Assembly (NCBI RefSeq): GCF_001194135.2
Contig: NC_068983.1
Location: forward strand, 103,191,840 to 103,255,839
DNA: 64,000 nucleotides
DNA from: Octopus bimaculoides
Taxonomy: Eukaryota
Direction of reading: 5' to 3'
The number at the start of each line of letters is the position of its first letter. The stretch's first letter is position 1. This document shows, piece by piece, positions 28,601-40,431 of the stretch. A program made the position numbers and the translations under genes. A model generated the notes under the pieces. That model ran no database searches and was not told the origin of the DNA. It saw only the letters and a list, made by a program, of their open reading frames with translations.

Positions 28601-31600
28601 ACATAATTTAAATATTAAGTCACATGAGGGTAACTTACTGAAAGTGAAAAAGAAATTGCAGCCCAAGTTGAACATACATAAACTCAATAACCACAGTAAT
28701 GAGTCACTTACAAACAACAAACTGATTTAAAATATAATTCATGATATTAATGATAGCTTACACAGGCACAAGCCGACTAACAATTGTTTAATTGAAACTC
28801 TGAAGGATGAAAGGTGAATTTTGAACCTGGTACAAATTGATCTCAGATGATGATGGATACATTTATAACTCTATCCCTTCCTCCTTACAACAGTTTGCAA
28901 AGCAAGTGGTTACTCTCTAAAAGATGCTGAATGCACCTGTATCCAAACCCACCTCATTAGTAACAAGCTGGACAGTTTGTAATGGCAGTATTAAGCCTTC
29001 TTTAAAGCAATTTTCAGGCATTCAAAAGAACTTAATGTCAAGTAGTTTGAAGAACATCTATTACACAAAAATAAGAGTGCTAAAATATCACCAGATGAAT
29101 TACTTTTGTAAGCTTTAATCTTTCTTTAAAGTAGGAAGAAAAATGTTCATATGTGATCCGTCTACACTATAAAAATACAGGGGAGATTTCTACATCAACA
29201 GTCATTTAGTGCCTTTTGTAAAGTTCATTATGTTGCAAGCATTTGAACCAGAAAAGTCCCTTCTTTGCTAGTGTTTTTCCCCTGCAGACACTGGTCTACA
29301 AATGTTCAAGCTGGGTAACAAAGATAACAGTCTAAACCTACAAAAATCATGAACACTGCTCTTCCACTCTTGACTAGCTCATCAAAAAATGAGGGACAAT
29401 ACAGAATGAAAAAACACTAATTTGTATATTCTTCAACACTTTCAGGAAATTTTTCTGATCCATAGTTCTGTTTTTGACAACAAAAAGAGACTAACACTTA
29501 TGAACAACTGGATTTTCCTTTTTCTAACTGGTAACATTCTATGTGCATGAACTCATGAAATAAACTTTAGGAAAATCCAAAACCTGTACCAATCTTATAT
29601 TGTCACAAATTCTAGAATTAAGGAATGTTAACATTAAGTCGAGTGCCATAATTTAAATTCATTCAGATGTGCCATCAACAATGTCATAACCCCCATCAGT
29701 TTTACATATTTTTTCTATGCAAGTTCTACAATTTCCATATGATGTCATAGAAATCCAATCCTTTCTTCAGGTTTTTCCAAGCTATTTCTTCAAATCTTTC
29801 TTGATTAACATTTTTGATCAACTCACTGTTTCTCTCCTAGCAAGATATTACATCTAAACCAATGTAGCTATATCTCTTGCATAAATTTGCATATTTTTTA
29901 ATACCCAGTAACTCTCAATTTAAGTGTGCTCATATTTCCAAATAATTTAACATACTACACCATGGATAATATTGAATAAAATTTTTCACTGATTGCTATA
30001 AATTCACTGCTATTTAAGAGTGTTTTTTAACTTCTATAAATTTCATAGTCTATCATTAACACACAAAAGAACCAATAGTTCATGTAACTTGTTTATTTAT
30101 ATAACTTTCTTGAGATATGGATATTTATGCAATCCCAGACTGTATTGGAATATTGAACTTGTGAATCTAATAGGCATTCTTGTTTTCAGTTTAATAACAA
30201 ACCTTGAAAAAATTAACTGAGTTGAACACCAAGTTTCACCTATTTTAAATGTTAAATTAAACAATTCTGGTGTTGGTATTTGATTATTCATGTACTGCTG
30301 AAAATATAGTAGTTTGTTTTGATAGCACAGTTAAATCTATTTGTCTTAGTTAAACTAGATAAGAAATAGATAGCAAGTTGGAAATTACTCTATGGAGGAT
30401 ATCATCTTATCCAGGAAGTAAAACTTGCTTTCAAATACAGGTAGAAGTACTGACTTTATAAACTATAGAAAAAAGATTCAATATTTTAGAGAAATCAAAT
30501 CTAAATATGAAAAGAATTCTCAAATTGATTGGCAGATCGAAGGAAAATATAAAAAAAAAAAATCGAAGTAAATGAATTAGATTGAATAACCTGAGTAAAA
30601 AACTCACCTCCAATAGTTTGGTTTTGTTTTCTTCCCATTTTGTATAGGCTTCCACAACAGCTTCATGAGTAACTCGACAAGTAACTCTGTGAGCTTCAAC
30701 AATTGTTATTGTTACCTGCTCAATCAACTTCCTCCTGGCTTCAGTTGGTTGCTGTCGTCCCTCATCAATAATTTTATCTAGGAGTTTGGTCATAGGTTTT
30801 TGAGTTGCAATACTGCAGGGAGAAAACTTTGATTCTACCTTTATCATTGGCTGAGATTCCTCATAAGATGTTGGGGTCTGGGGCGTGGGGGCTGCAGATG
30901 AGGTAGAGTTGGGGGTTTCAGGCATAATGAAGGCAGGTGGGCTCATGTCCTTGTTACTGCTAACAGTAGTCAACCTTTCTGGGCAACTACCAGTAAGTCC
31001 ATTCTGTAGTCCATTACAGACATTATTAGGTGGACCAGGGGGAAGAGTATCTGCTATACCATTAATAACACCACCACCATTAGCAAGGACATGACAGATG
31101 TCGTTGGATACAGCGGCTTTTGAGATACCATTGGGAACTAATGCTGAGGTTGTGATACCATTTATTATATTGGTTGGCAAGACACTAGGTTGCACTGTAC
31201 TGGGGGTACTGTTTTCAACTGGTTCAGTCTTGGTTCTAACACCATTCAAATGAATGATGTTGCTATTATTACAAGTGACAGCAATAGTGTGAGTGCCATT
31301 GCTAACGTTGCTATTGTTTACATTGTTGTTAGTATTGCTGTTGCTATTGGAACAACTTGGAGTATTCGCACTAGCTGGAGCAGTGGTTGTACTACTATTG
31401 GTAGTCGTAGCTGTGGTGGTGGTGGTGTTGCTGGTAGTGTTGTTGTTGTTGGGCTGAGGTTGTAGATGTACAGGTGACTGGCTGCTGCTGCTGGCTGGGC
31501 TATTCAGACTGGAGTAACCAGATTCTACCCCATTGGGAATGCTGTTAGTTGCTGCAGGGTCAGGCTTATTATTTGCATGGCTTGAGTTGGAGTTGTTGGC

Positions 31601-31818
31601 GTGCTCTTTAAAGCTGGCCTGGGCAGCAGCAAGGAACGCTTGCATGAGTTCAGACTTAAAGCTGCCATTAGTTTGAATGAGTTTCTGCAGATCTGCCATA
31701 CTTCTGTGGTTCCCACTAAGTGGTAATGGGTAAGGAGCAATAGGAACGTTTGTAGTATGAGATTTGGATTCCCCGTTGGCTTCTTTCAGACGCTTTGGAC
31801 GCCTGCCAAGTCTTGATG
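22497..31818 (-). CDS. Subfamily-1 nuclear receptor (E75/Rev-erb/ROR/PPAR-like clade), 5'-partial: join of 6 exons, about 614 aa from T-box to C-terminus; DNA-binding exons not found in window
   Basis: Manual splicing gives one open frame (1844 nt, all GT-AG, phases match). It reads SRLGRRPKRLKE (CTE/T-box), a long hinge, IVEAHRVTC (H1 end), WRQFLTNMVPEITNVVQFCKRLPGFSEIDQEDQIKLIKQGTFEVMLARF (NR LBD signature H3-H5), LSDQEIGLFTAVLIICPDRQNL (H8-H9) and FPELHKEVF (H12/AF-2). Exact orthology not assignable without a phylogeny. Confidence 0.93.
23723..23815 (-). CDS. NR exon: LBD helix 9 (DRQNLSGVKAVSKIQGLFLQALYNELKSNHKD)
   Basis: Acceptor ttctgtttttcag|AT, donor AAAG|gtaaga; 93 nt, phase 1 to 1; completes the CPDR motif. 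Confidence 0.92.
24412..24794 (-). mobile_element. Family C SINE, copy 2, in NR intron, nested in an older SINE
   Basis: Highly similar to copies 1 and 3; 14-bp TSD GGAACAAACACTAT (24398-24411 and 24795-24808). Confidence 0.9.
24950..25160 (+). mobile_element. Family A SINE in NR intron, antisense to the gene
   Basis: GGTGAGCTAGAAGAATCGTTAACA...GTCGACTTTGCCTTTCATCCTTTTGGGGTTGATAAAATAATTACCAG...GAAAGGATTATTAT. Confidence 0.85.
25314..25444 (-). CDS. NR exon: LBD helices 7-8 (EVIREMPLGKFLEEFFLMAETFNPLKLSDQEIGLFTAVLIICP)
   Basis: Acceptor ttatcatttcag|G, donor CCAG|gtaatg; 131 nt, phase 2 to 1; lies inside ORF 25246..25572. Confidence 0.94.
25592..25815. mobile_element. piggyBac-like MITE
   Basis: TTAA-CCCTTTAGTGTTT...GAATGCTAAAGGG-TTAG: CCC/GGG termini with a TTAA-type target. 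A degenerate inverted copy lies at about 35995-36205. Confidence 0.7.
26290..26440 (+). mobile_element. Short decayed RTE reverse-transcriptase fragment in NR intron
   Basis: VLDDGEAFDAFSITNGIEQGC resembles the RT motif '..GE.S..F..TNG.KQGC'; in-frame stops nearby. Confidence 0.65.
27059..27200 (-). CDS. NR exon: LBD helices 4-5 and sheet (GFSEIDQEDQIKLIKQGTFEVMLARFCMLVDHQNYTMFDPDMKMQCPR)
   Basis: Acceptor ccttttttccag|GT, donor CCAAG|gtaaac; 142 nt, phase 1 to 2; canonical F..(L/I)...DQI.L.K signature. Confidence 0.94.
27895..28000 (-). CDS. NR exon: LBD helix 3 (ALDGKNSASDLMWRQFLTNMVPEITNVVQFCKRLPG)
   Basis: Acceptor cttttttcacttag|GCT, donor CCTG|gtaagt; 106 nt, phase 0 to 1. Not in the ORF track; translated by hand. 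Confidence 0.93.
30608..31818 (-). CDS. NR exon: T-box/CTE, low-complexity hinge and LBD helix 1 (1211 nt, phase 1 to 0)
   Basis: Acceptor tttttttggctctgttgcag|CATCAAGACTTGGCAGG at 31818; donor TTGGAG|gtgagt at 30608. Contains supplied ORF 30431..31699, which reads through the donor. Confidence 0.93.
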
Positions 31819-33955
31819 CTGCAACAGAGCCAAAAAAAAATTTTGAAAGTTAGTTTATTGGATGTCAAACAATTCTACAATTTCTCTCACTCAAATTCAA
31901 AAAATTTCTTTTTTTTTTTTTAAAAGTCATACTGGATAAGTTGCAAAATATCTGCAAAACAACTGTAAAAGCAATCTACTTATGGTTAAGTGATAACTTA
32001 TATATGGCAGTGCAGATTTTACTCTATTTCCAGTTTTTTAGTAACCATAGTGCTAAAGTCTTAATTCTTGATCATTTTATGGGTGAATTTTAATGGAAAA
32101 CTGATTCACATAACTCAAAGAAATTTTATTGTATTTATGAAACAAGTTACCAAAGGACATAATCACAAAAGCCTTTTACTAAAATCTCCCTGTATATACG
32201 TACTTAGCTACACTGACAATATGTTACTCTCAAGTGGCTTGGCATTAAACTTAAATTTGATAGTATTATAGTTCCTTTAAATTTGAAAGTTTTCCTTTCT
32301 CTCAGTGATGTAGAAAATAAATATATTTACATACGCTCCAGCATGACTACAGCTAAGAAGGTGAAACCAATATGGGTAAAGATAGCATACAACAGTCCAC
32401 TGCTTGATGAAAGCTTCAAGTTTTTTGACATTCCATTAACTCAAAGCTGTGATGCTAAACAGATACTGACCAGCCACAATGTCAGCTGGGTGGGCCAGCA
32501 CAACATGAAATAAAGTCCTTTGTTGAAGGATACAATTGTCCTAGACAAGGAGAGAGAGCAAATTGCTTAACATGCACCTTTTCAATGCTAATATGATAAT
32601 AACTGAAATATCTCTATTGGACCCATTTAAAACTGGGTGCCAGTTTATATGAAAATGATATGATACAACACTGCTGCCACATTAAATAGGCATACACATA
32701 CACACTGATACATATTATATAGCTTTTAACTTTTTTGTTGCGGTGGTAACTTTTACTAAGGACAGAGTATTCATCAGAACTATTCTAATGTGAAGTAAAG
32801 CTTGGAAAAATTGTACAAAGTTGTCCATCACTTGTAGGAATGACTGAATAGCTGAAATTAGACAAAACAAGACAAAAAAAAAAAAAAAGGGCAATTTTCC
32901 TGTATTTTTTCAACAGATTAGGATCAATAAACATGCTGATTTTTAATAGTCTTCAAACCACTTACACACATGCATGTGCACACAACCACTCTCTTTCCTG
33001 CTCTATACTCACAAATGTGACTATATATCATTATTTCGAAATAACTTTTACAGGACTACTATCAAAAGTTATTCCCCTTGCATTTAACTATAAATTAAAT
33101 ATATACCTTGCTCTTTACTTGAAAAAAGAAAAAAAAAACAGTGATAGAATGTAGAAATAGTCAAATATGGGAAGGAGAAAGAAATGCTTTATATTAAGTG
33201 TTCCCACTCTTTACATTCCAAGTTCAAATCCTGCAATGGTCAACAAACTAAAGTACAGTCAAGGAACTCGGGTCTATTTTCTTAACTTATAATCATGACC
33301 ATACATTTATTGGGGGAAGATATCAGTGTATCACTGGTATTTATTTTATTGATGATGCAGAGTTGAAAGGCAAAGTAGATGCTTAATTCAACTGTACACA
33401 GATCTTTAAACAAGAGAGGAATCGGGGTGAAGACAGAGAGCAAGCATGCACATGTACTCGAGCTGGCATATGCACCCATAGCTACTGGTTATATGCACTT
33501 GTCATTTGTTCGTATTCATTTCTTTTCCAGAAACAAAATTATATAATTGTCAGTAGTAGCAGGCCACCCAGAAAATAAAGAAGTAAAAGAGGGAAAATGA
33601 CAAGAAAGACTGCTAAGGAATAATGCGCTCATATCTGTAACTGGCTCAAACTATTTCAGTAATATCCTAAAATGCCTTTCAACAAACAAAATAAAGGGGT
33701 TTGTTAACACATACAGAAAAAAACAAAAAAAACACCTACTTTGAAAAAATACTTTTTTTTAATATTGACTTGGTAACCACAAACATGAAAATATGGAATG
33801 CATGGTGCATGAAAGCCATTACAGAACACCTTACACCCATGACTAAAAACACTGATAAAATAAATAATGATATTGGAATTATATAGAAATGGTATATTAG
33901 GAAAGAAATGAAGGTGCACCTGGTTCATATCTGCAAAATATTGCAACTGTGCATG

Positions 33956-33987
<32 letters not shown>

Positions 33988-34246
33988 ACCCATGTAAAAA
34001 TACTGAAGCAAAATTTAAAAGAAAAGTAAAAAAAAAAACAAAGATATATAAAATTCATTATCAAATCTTGAAACCTCTGCTAATATTAAATTATGAATTT
34101 AATGGTAAGGGGTGAGTGTTTAAACTCTCATCCCTTACAAAAGAAAAGAGTGTGTATCAGGTAAAATGATGAAAATGAAACAGAAATGAGAGAGAGAGAG
34201 AGCGAAAAATGTGACAGAAAGTAAGAACTAAATAAAAGTGCCTTAC

Positions 34247-34521
34247 CCACTTAAGATGGTGAGAAAGGTTAAAGAAGCTGATTATTCATCAAAGCAATAA
34301 AGTGAAGGTTGACTTGACTCAAATATATTTAGTTTTTCTTCTGTTCTTAAGACACAAATCTGATAACTTGTAATCATAAAGAAACATTTCAGAATTCAGT
34401 AAATTGCATTACAGAAAAATAAGCTGTGCAGAGCAACCACTTGTTATATGGGCAGCCAGTCTAGATTTCCTCAACCTGTGGGGCAGACAGCAATTACCAA
34501 TAGCCTTTCCCAGCTTTTATA
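34247..34521 (-). promoter_or_regulatory. Candidate internal promoter and non-coding first exon of the NR
   Basis: TATAAAAG at 34521-34514, upstream (CT)n and (GGCT)n tracts, donor AGTGG|gtaagg at 34247; no SINE in the block. Confidence 0.3.
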
Positions 34522-36289
34522 TTAACTGCTAGACACACTTTCATACTGGACCGACCGACCGACTGACCAGCCAGCCAGCCAGCCAGCCAACCATTTACCA
34601 CCTACCACTATATAGCTAATGGCCCTTTACTCCACCTCTTTGGGCTGGAGAAAGGGGTGTGAGAAATGTTTTTAGAAAGTAGAGGAATTAGGCTGGGTTT
34701 ATGAAATGTAAAGGAGAGGGAGAGGGAGAGAGAGAGAGGGGGAGGCCAGTTTCCCAGTGAAGCTACCAACCAACATGATGACAGTCCTCACTGCTATCAC
34801 CATCTCCCCTTCCCAGACATTAAGCCACCTATCTATTCATTTCTATTGCCATCTATTCATCTAGCTATCTCTCTTTCTATGCATTTATTCTTGTATTTAA
34901 AGTTAATTAGGAGCTTTTAATAATCCTTGTAAGCACTTGATTGAAAATTAAAAAAAAAACCTACCGATAAGTAATAAGACAAAAGAAAAAAAAAGATTAA
35001 AGTACAAATTCTCCTTTAAATCAAATATTTACATACAAATGAAGACTGACTTTCAACACTAATTACTTAGAAATACATACAAATATGTTTTTGTTGTTAT
35101 TGTAAAAATAGACTGAATTGAATGAGAACACATAAAGCTAACCTTCACAGAAACAATAAAGTTTTAAAATTGCAATTTTATTTTCTTCACACAGACAGGG
35201 ACATTAGGTTGGTAAGTACATAGATGAAAATTATGAGAACAAGCAACAGATAGGATAATAAAGACTCAAGTGATAATCGTAAAATACAAGTTCAGATAAT
35301 AAAAGCTCTTTTTATCTTTTACTTGTTTCAGTCATTAGACTGTGGCCATGCTGGGGCACTGACTTAAAGAATTTATAGTCGAATGTATTGACCCAAGAAG
35401 TTTTTTGAAGCCTGGTATTTATTCTATTACAGGGACATAAACACACCAACACCAGTTGTCAAGCAGTAGAGGGGTGAGGGACAAACAGACACACATACAT
35501 AGATATATGTATGTATCTATGTTTGTATCTATATATAACACACTTCTTTCAGTTTCTGTCTACCATATCCACTCACAAGGCCTTGGTCGGCCTGAAGCTA
35601 TAGTAGAAGATACTTGCCTAGGGTGCCATGCAGCGGGACTGAACCTAGAACCATATGGTTGGGAAGCAAGCATCTTAACACACAACCATGCCTGTGACTG
35701 TGTAACATTTCTTTCTTTCTCTTAATATGTTTATATCCAATCTGCCTTAATGTTCATGTTTATATTTACTATATACTGATTTGCTTTTAGAGTAATCACA
35801 ACTATGAAGAAAATTAAAGTTCCTTTATCTGCTACAGTAAAAGATTGTAAAGGTTTAATAATGCTCATTAGTAGTATCACTTTTTTATATTTATTAAGTA
35901 TAGTTTATATATGAGCAGAAATATAACTGCTTTTACAATATTAGCCCTAATTACAACCAAAGAAAGGTTTAGAGGAGAAACAGGAGATAGAGTTCTCCTT
36001 TTAGCATTCAGATTACTCTGTCAAATCTAATACCTATTAATTCACATTGTTTTTGAATTCATCATGCATTATAACATACCTTCAAGATTTTGATGATGTG
36101 ACTTTGTTTTTAGAATGACATTATAGGGCAAGATCTGGCCAGTTTGAAGATAAGGTAGGGAGAATATTTGGGTCTAACATGGCCGGTTTAAATGCTGAAG
36201 GATTATTGCTAGGAATGTAGCATAGGCAGATGGAAAGACTGTGCCTTCCATGATGTTAAAAATGATAATAATAATAATAATATTTGTTT

Positions 36290-37415
36290 CTAGAACAGGT
36301 GCAAGGCCTTAAATTTAGGAGGTAGGGATAAGTTGATACCATTAAGCCCAGTTTTGATTGGGGTTTTATTTTATCGACCCTGAAAGGATGAAAGATGAGA
36401 ATAACTCCAGCAGGATTTCAAACACAGAACATAGAGCCAGAACAAATAACACAAAACAACATTTTGTCTGATGTTCTAATAATTCTGCCAGTCTATCAAT
36501 AATAATAACAACAATCCTTTCTCCTATAGGCACAAGGCCTGAAATTTCGGGTGGGGTGGGGGTGGGGTCGATTACATAGGCCCCCAGTGCTCAACTGGTA
36601 CTTATTTTGTTGACCATGAAAGGATGAAAGGCAAAGTTGACCTCAGAATGTAAAGACAGACAGAATGCCACTGAGCATTTTGCCCAGCATACTAATGATT
36701 CTACTAGCTCACTGCCTTAATAATAAAAATAATAATGATGATGATAATAATTGTTTCTAATTTAGGTACAAGGTCAGTCAATTAAATCAAACCTAGCACT
36801 TGGCTATGACTTTATTTCATCTATCCTGCAGGACCATGATTGATTATGAAGGCTATAATGGGTCAAGGAGAGTTGTGGCTGTCTAACTCGTGGAACAATG
36901 ATAATGAAAAATAGCTGGATGATGATGATAAATAGTATTTTCATAGTTAATGTAGGTAACCTTTATTTATACACATTCTACTAGAGTGAAGGTTGTTTAA
37001 GTATTAGGCCAATTATGCATCATGGAGCAAAAATGTAAGGGAGAAGTATGGTGGAGGACAAAATAAGTATTCATGCAGACTTATTTATCATTGTTTCACT
37101 GCATAAGAAACTGGATTCACACACATATGTACATGAATACATATATGTAATACATATGGAAGCAGATTTTAACATATTTCAAGTGTGAGTGTTCCTTAAT
37201 AATAATCCTTTCTACTACAGACATAAGACCTGAAATCTGTGGGGAGGGGGTAAGTTGATTACATCAACCCCAGTACTCAATTGGTACTTAATTTAACAAC
37301 CCCAAAAGGATGAACGGAAAAGCCGACTTAAGCAGAATTTGAACTCAGAATATAAAGACAGATGAAATACTGCTAAGCATTTTGCCCTGGAGTGCTAACA
37401 ATACTGCCTGCTTTA

Positions 37416-37454
<39 letters not shown>

Positions 37455-38440
37455 ATAATAATAAAATCCCTATCTGGTTTGGAAATTTATGATGGACTCT
37501 TCAAAATGATTGTGATGGGTTCCTATTATTGGCTAGTGACGTTCTGTTGGCTTCAGAACACATAAGCAATATCTTCAATAAAGCAGACTTATAATGTGCC
37601 AGGATTGAAGTGTACACACTACAATGAACTTGCAGTTTATGGTTGAATACACAAGTAATTCTCTTTTATGTTATTTTTGAAAATTATTGTCAAAGCTTAT
37701 AAATATATTGTTGTTGTTTTGGCTCCAAGTCAACTCTAATCCAACAGACCTATGACTGATCATAGCTTTTAATTCTCTGAAACACTCTTTCATTCGTACA
37801 TTGTGTATTTTGTATATTTACGACATAAGCCAATGTTTTCTTACATTTCTAAGACGATGGTATATGTGCAAGGGTGGGATGTATTTTGAGGTGGATTTGG
37901 TTTCTATATCTAGCAGTAAAGCACTCCCATTGGTATTGCTAAATTACATTGTATTAAATGCAAAATAATCAGCAATCGATTCATACTCCCCAGCTAACTG
38001 AAGACTTGTAACAAAGATAGAAAGTAATATCTGAATCACAACCTCAAATCAATTCTGAGTTCAGAACTGAGTTGAACTCATTCTGAGTTCAAATACTGTT
38101 ATAGTCAACTTTGTCTTTCACTCTTTCAGGGTTGATAAAATAGAGAACCAATCAAGTATTGGGGTCAATGTAATCAATTAACCCAACAATCTAAAAAAAT
38201 TGCTGACCTTGTACCAAACTCTGAAACAACCATTAAAGGTGTTGAGCGGGTAGAATCGTTAGAGCATCAGACAAAATACTTAGCAGTATTTCTTCAAGCT
38301 CTATGTTCTGAGTTCAAATTCTGCCAAGGTTGACTTGGCCTTCTTGGTGTCAATAATACAGATATCAGTTGAGTACTGGAACTAATATAACTGACTTAAC
38401 TTCCCCCTAACATTGCTGGCCTTGTGCCAAAATTTGAAAC
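36290..38440. mobile_element. Family A SINE copies: minus at ~36290, ~36520, ~37200; plus at ~38080, ~38240
   Basis: Core motifs recognisable in both orientations. Confidence 0.8.
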
Positions 38441-39663
38441 CAAAATATAAAAAAATAAAAAATGCACTATGAAAAGAATTACCAATATAAGTTAAATACT
38501 TTTATTAAACTGACACAATATAATCCAAATAGAATGTCTTCAGTACTGATAATGCTAGATTAGAATATAAATTGATAAAGTACTAAAACTTTAATAACAA
38601 TAATGACAAGACACAAGATAATTCTGTACATTAACTGATTAGGTTATTTCCCATGGGAGGATTGCTAAGTCAGCCTGGATAGAAAATTATCACAGATGAT
38701 ATCATATACAAGAACACCCACCATCACCACCACCACTAATATCTAAAGAAGAGTATCTCTTAATACTCTAGAGACAGCTAATAAACTGATCATGTGTACG
38801 TTTGACTCACTTTCAGGAAGTTCATGGAAATAAAGCTGTTCAAACAGGAAAATATCGAATTCCTCTGGTTCCGGCACTGATTGTGTTTAATGTGAGAGTA
38901 TGCACTTATTGGAGATGACAGATAAAAATATTGCCATCAGATACTGTAAGGACACATTGCTGGGAATAGTCTGCATTTATTTAACTGAAAACAAGCTGTT
39001 TAAATTTTAAACAAATTTATATCAGTAACTACCACTGACGTAACTCTCTCACCTTCTCATTTCGTTATTGAAAAGGTATTAATTTAACAACACAAAGCTA
39101 TTACAATGTTTCCCTGGTGAAAACTAAAACAATGTAAAACATGGGACTACCTAGCTGCATACCCTTTACAACCACACACACACACACTAGTTACTTCTAT
39201 GGCTTCTCACTTTCCACACCCTCCACATCAACTCATCACCCAGTTCTTCTCCCAGGAACAGTAACTTAGCTGCAATTCCCAATCACATTCACATTTCCAT
39301 CAGGCATTGAAACAGATGTTTCAAGTTCAACATGAACGACATTAATCTCACCATTCAGACAGAGTCTGCAAATATTATGGGCTCTGTCCCTCCTCTTTTG
39401 ATTACCGTATAGAAATAGGAGAAAGTGCATCTGTAACAGTAACTAGTATGGGTTTCTTGCAAATTTTTATCAAAATTAGGTGTAGGTGTGACTGTGTGAT
39501 TAAGTAGCTGACTGTGCAACCATGTGATTTCAGGTTCAGTCGACTGTGTGGCACCTTGGGGCAAGTGTCTCCAGCTACAGCCCCAGGCTAACCAATGCTT
39601 TATGTGTGACTTTGGTACACAGAAACTGTGTGGAATCCCATCATATACACATACTATTACCTG

Positions 39664-39829
39664 AAACAGTTTGATTCAGCTCCATGTAATTTAAAGTTTT
39701 GCATGCTTCTTACAGGAACTTAGCTCATTTAGGCTCAGATTACAAGTAACCTGAGCCTAAATGAGCCAGGCCTCTCTCTGTAAGAAACCTGCAAAACTTG
39801 AAGTTACATGGAGCTGAATCAAACTGTTT
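39664..39829. repeat. Long imperfect inverted repeat (fold-back hairpin or MITE-like)
   Basis: Outer 26 bp AAACAGTTTGATTCAGCTCCATGTAA perfectly inverted, then ~26 bp with 4 mismatches, an internal loop, and a perfect inner 16 bp GCTCATTTAGGCTCAG. Confidence 0.9.
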
Positions 39830-39914
39830 TGATGTAACTCCTACTAAATATATTGAATGCCTTTTTCTATTCTTTGTCCACTCACCTGTGTGTGCGCGCG
39901 CACATGCGTAACAT

Positions 39915-40330
39915 CATCATCATCAGCATTTAACATCTGTTTTCCATGCTGGCTTGGGTTGGACGGTTTGACTGAAAACTGACAAGGGCATCCTGAGGTA
40001 GAAACCATGCCAAATCAGATTGTAACCTGGATGCCCTTCCTAATATCAACCACTCCAGGAGTATAGTGGGTGCTTTTTATGTACTAGTTACGAAATAATG
40101 GCATCTGCCAGGACTATGATCTCACTTGGCTTGACAAGTCTTCTCAAGCACAGTATATTGCCAAAGGTCTTGGTCACTGCTTCTGTGAAACCCAAAGTTC
40201 GAAGGGTGCTTTTTACATGCCAGGCATGCGACACTGGCATTGGTCACAACTATAATCTCACTAGGCTTGATGGATCTTCTCAAGCACAGCATATTGCCAA
40301 AGGTCTCGGTCACTTGTCATTGCCCATGAG
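39915..40330 (-). repeat. Interspersed repeat family D with (GAT)n tail; this copy has an internal ~51-bp direct repeat
   Basis: TTTAACATCTGTTTCCATGCTGGCTTGGGTTGGACGGTTTGAC motif recurs at ~23430, ~50765-50830 and ~62020-62075. Internal repeat at about 40128-40178 and 40264-40314. Confidence 0.6.
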
Positions 40331-40390
40331 GTCCAACATTCAAAGATCATGCTTCGTCACTTTGTCTCATGTCTTCCTGAGTCTATCTCT

Positions 40391-40431
<41 letters not shown>

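Noticed and set aside
29640-29960. Possible decayed L1/Tx1-like fragment (YSYIGL motif on minus strand)
   Set aside because: Similarity too weak and interrupted to support by eye.
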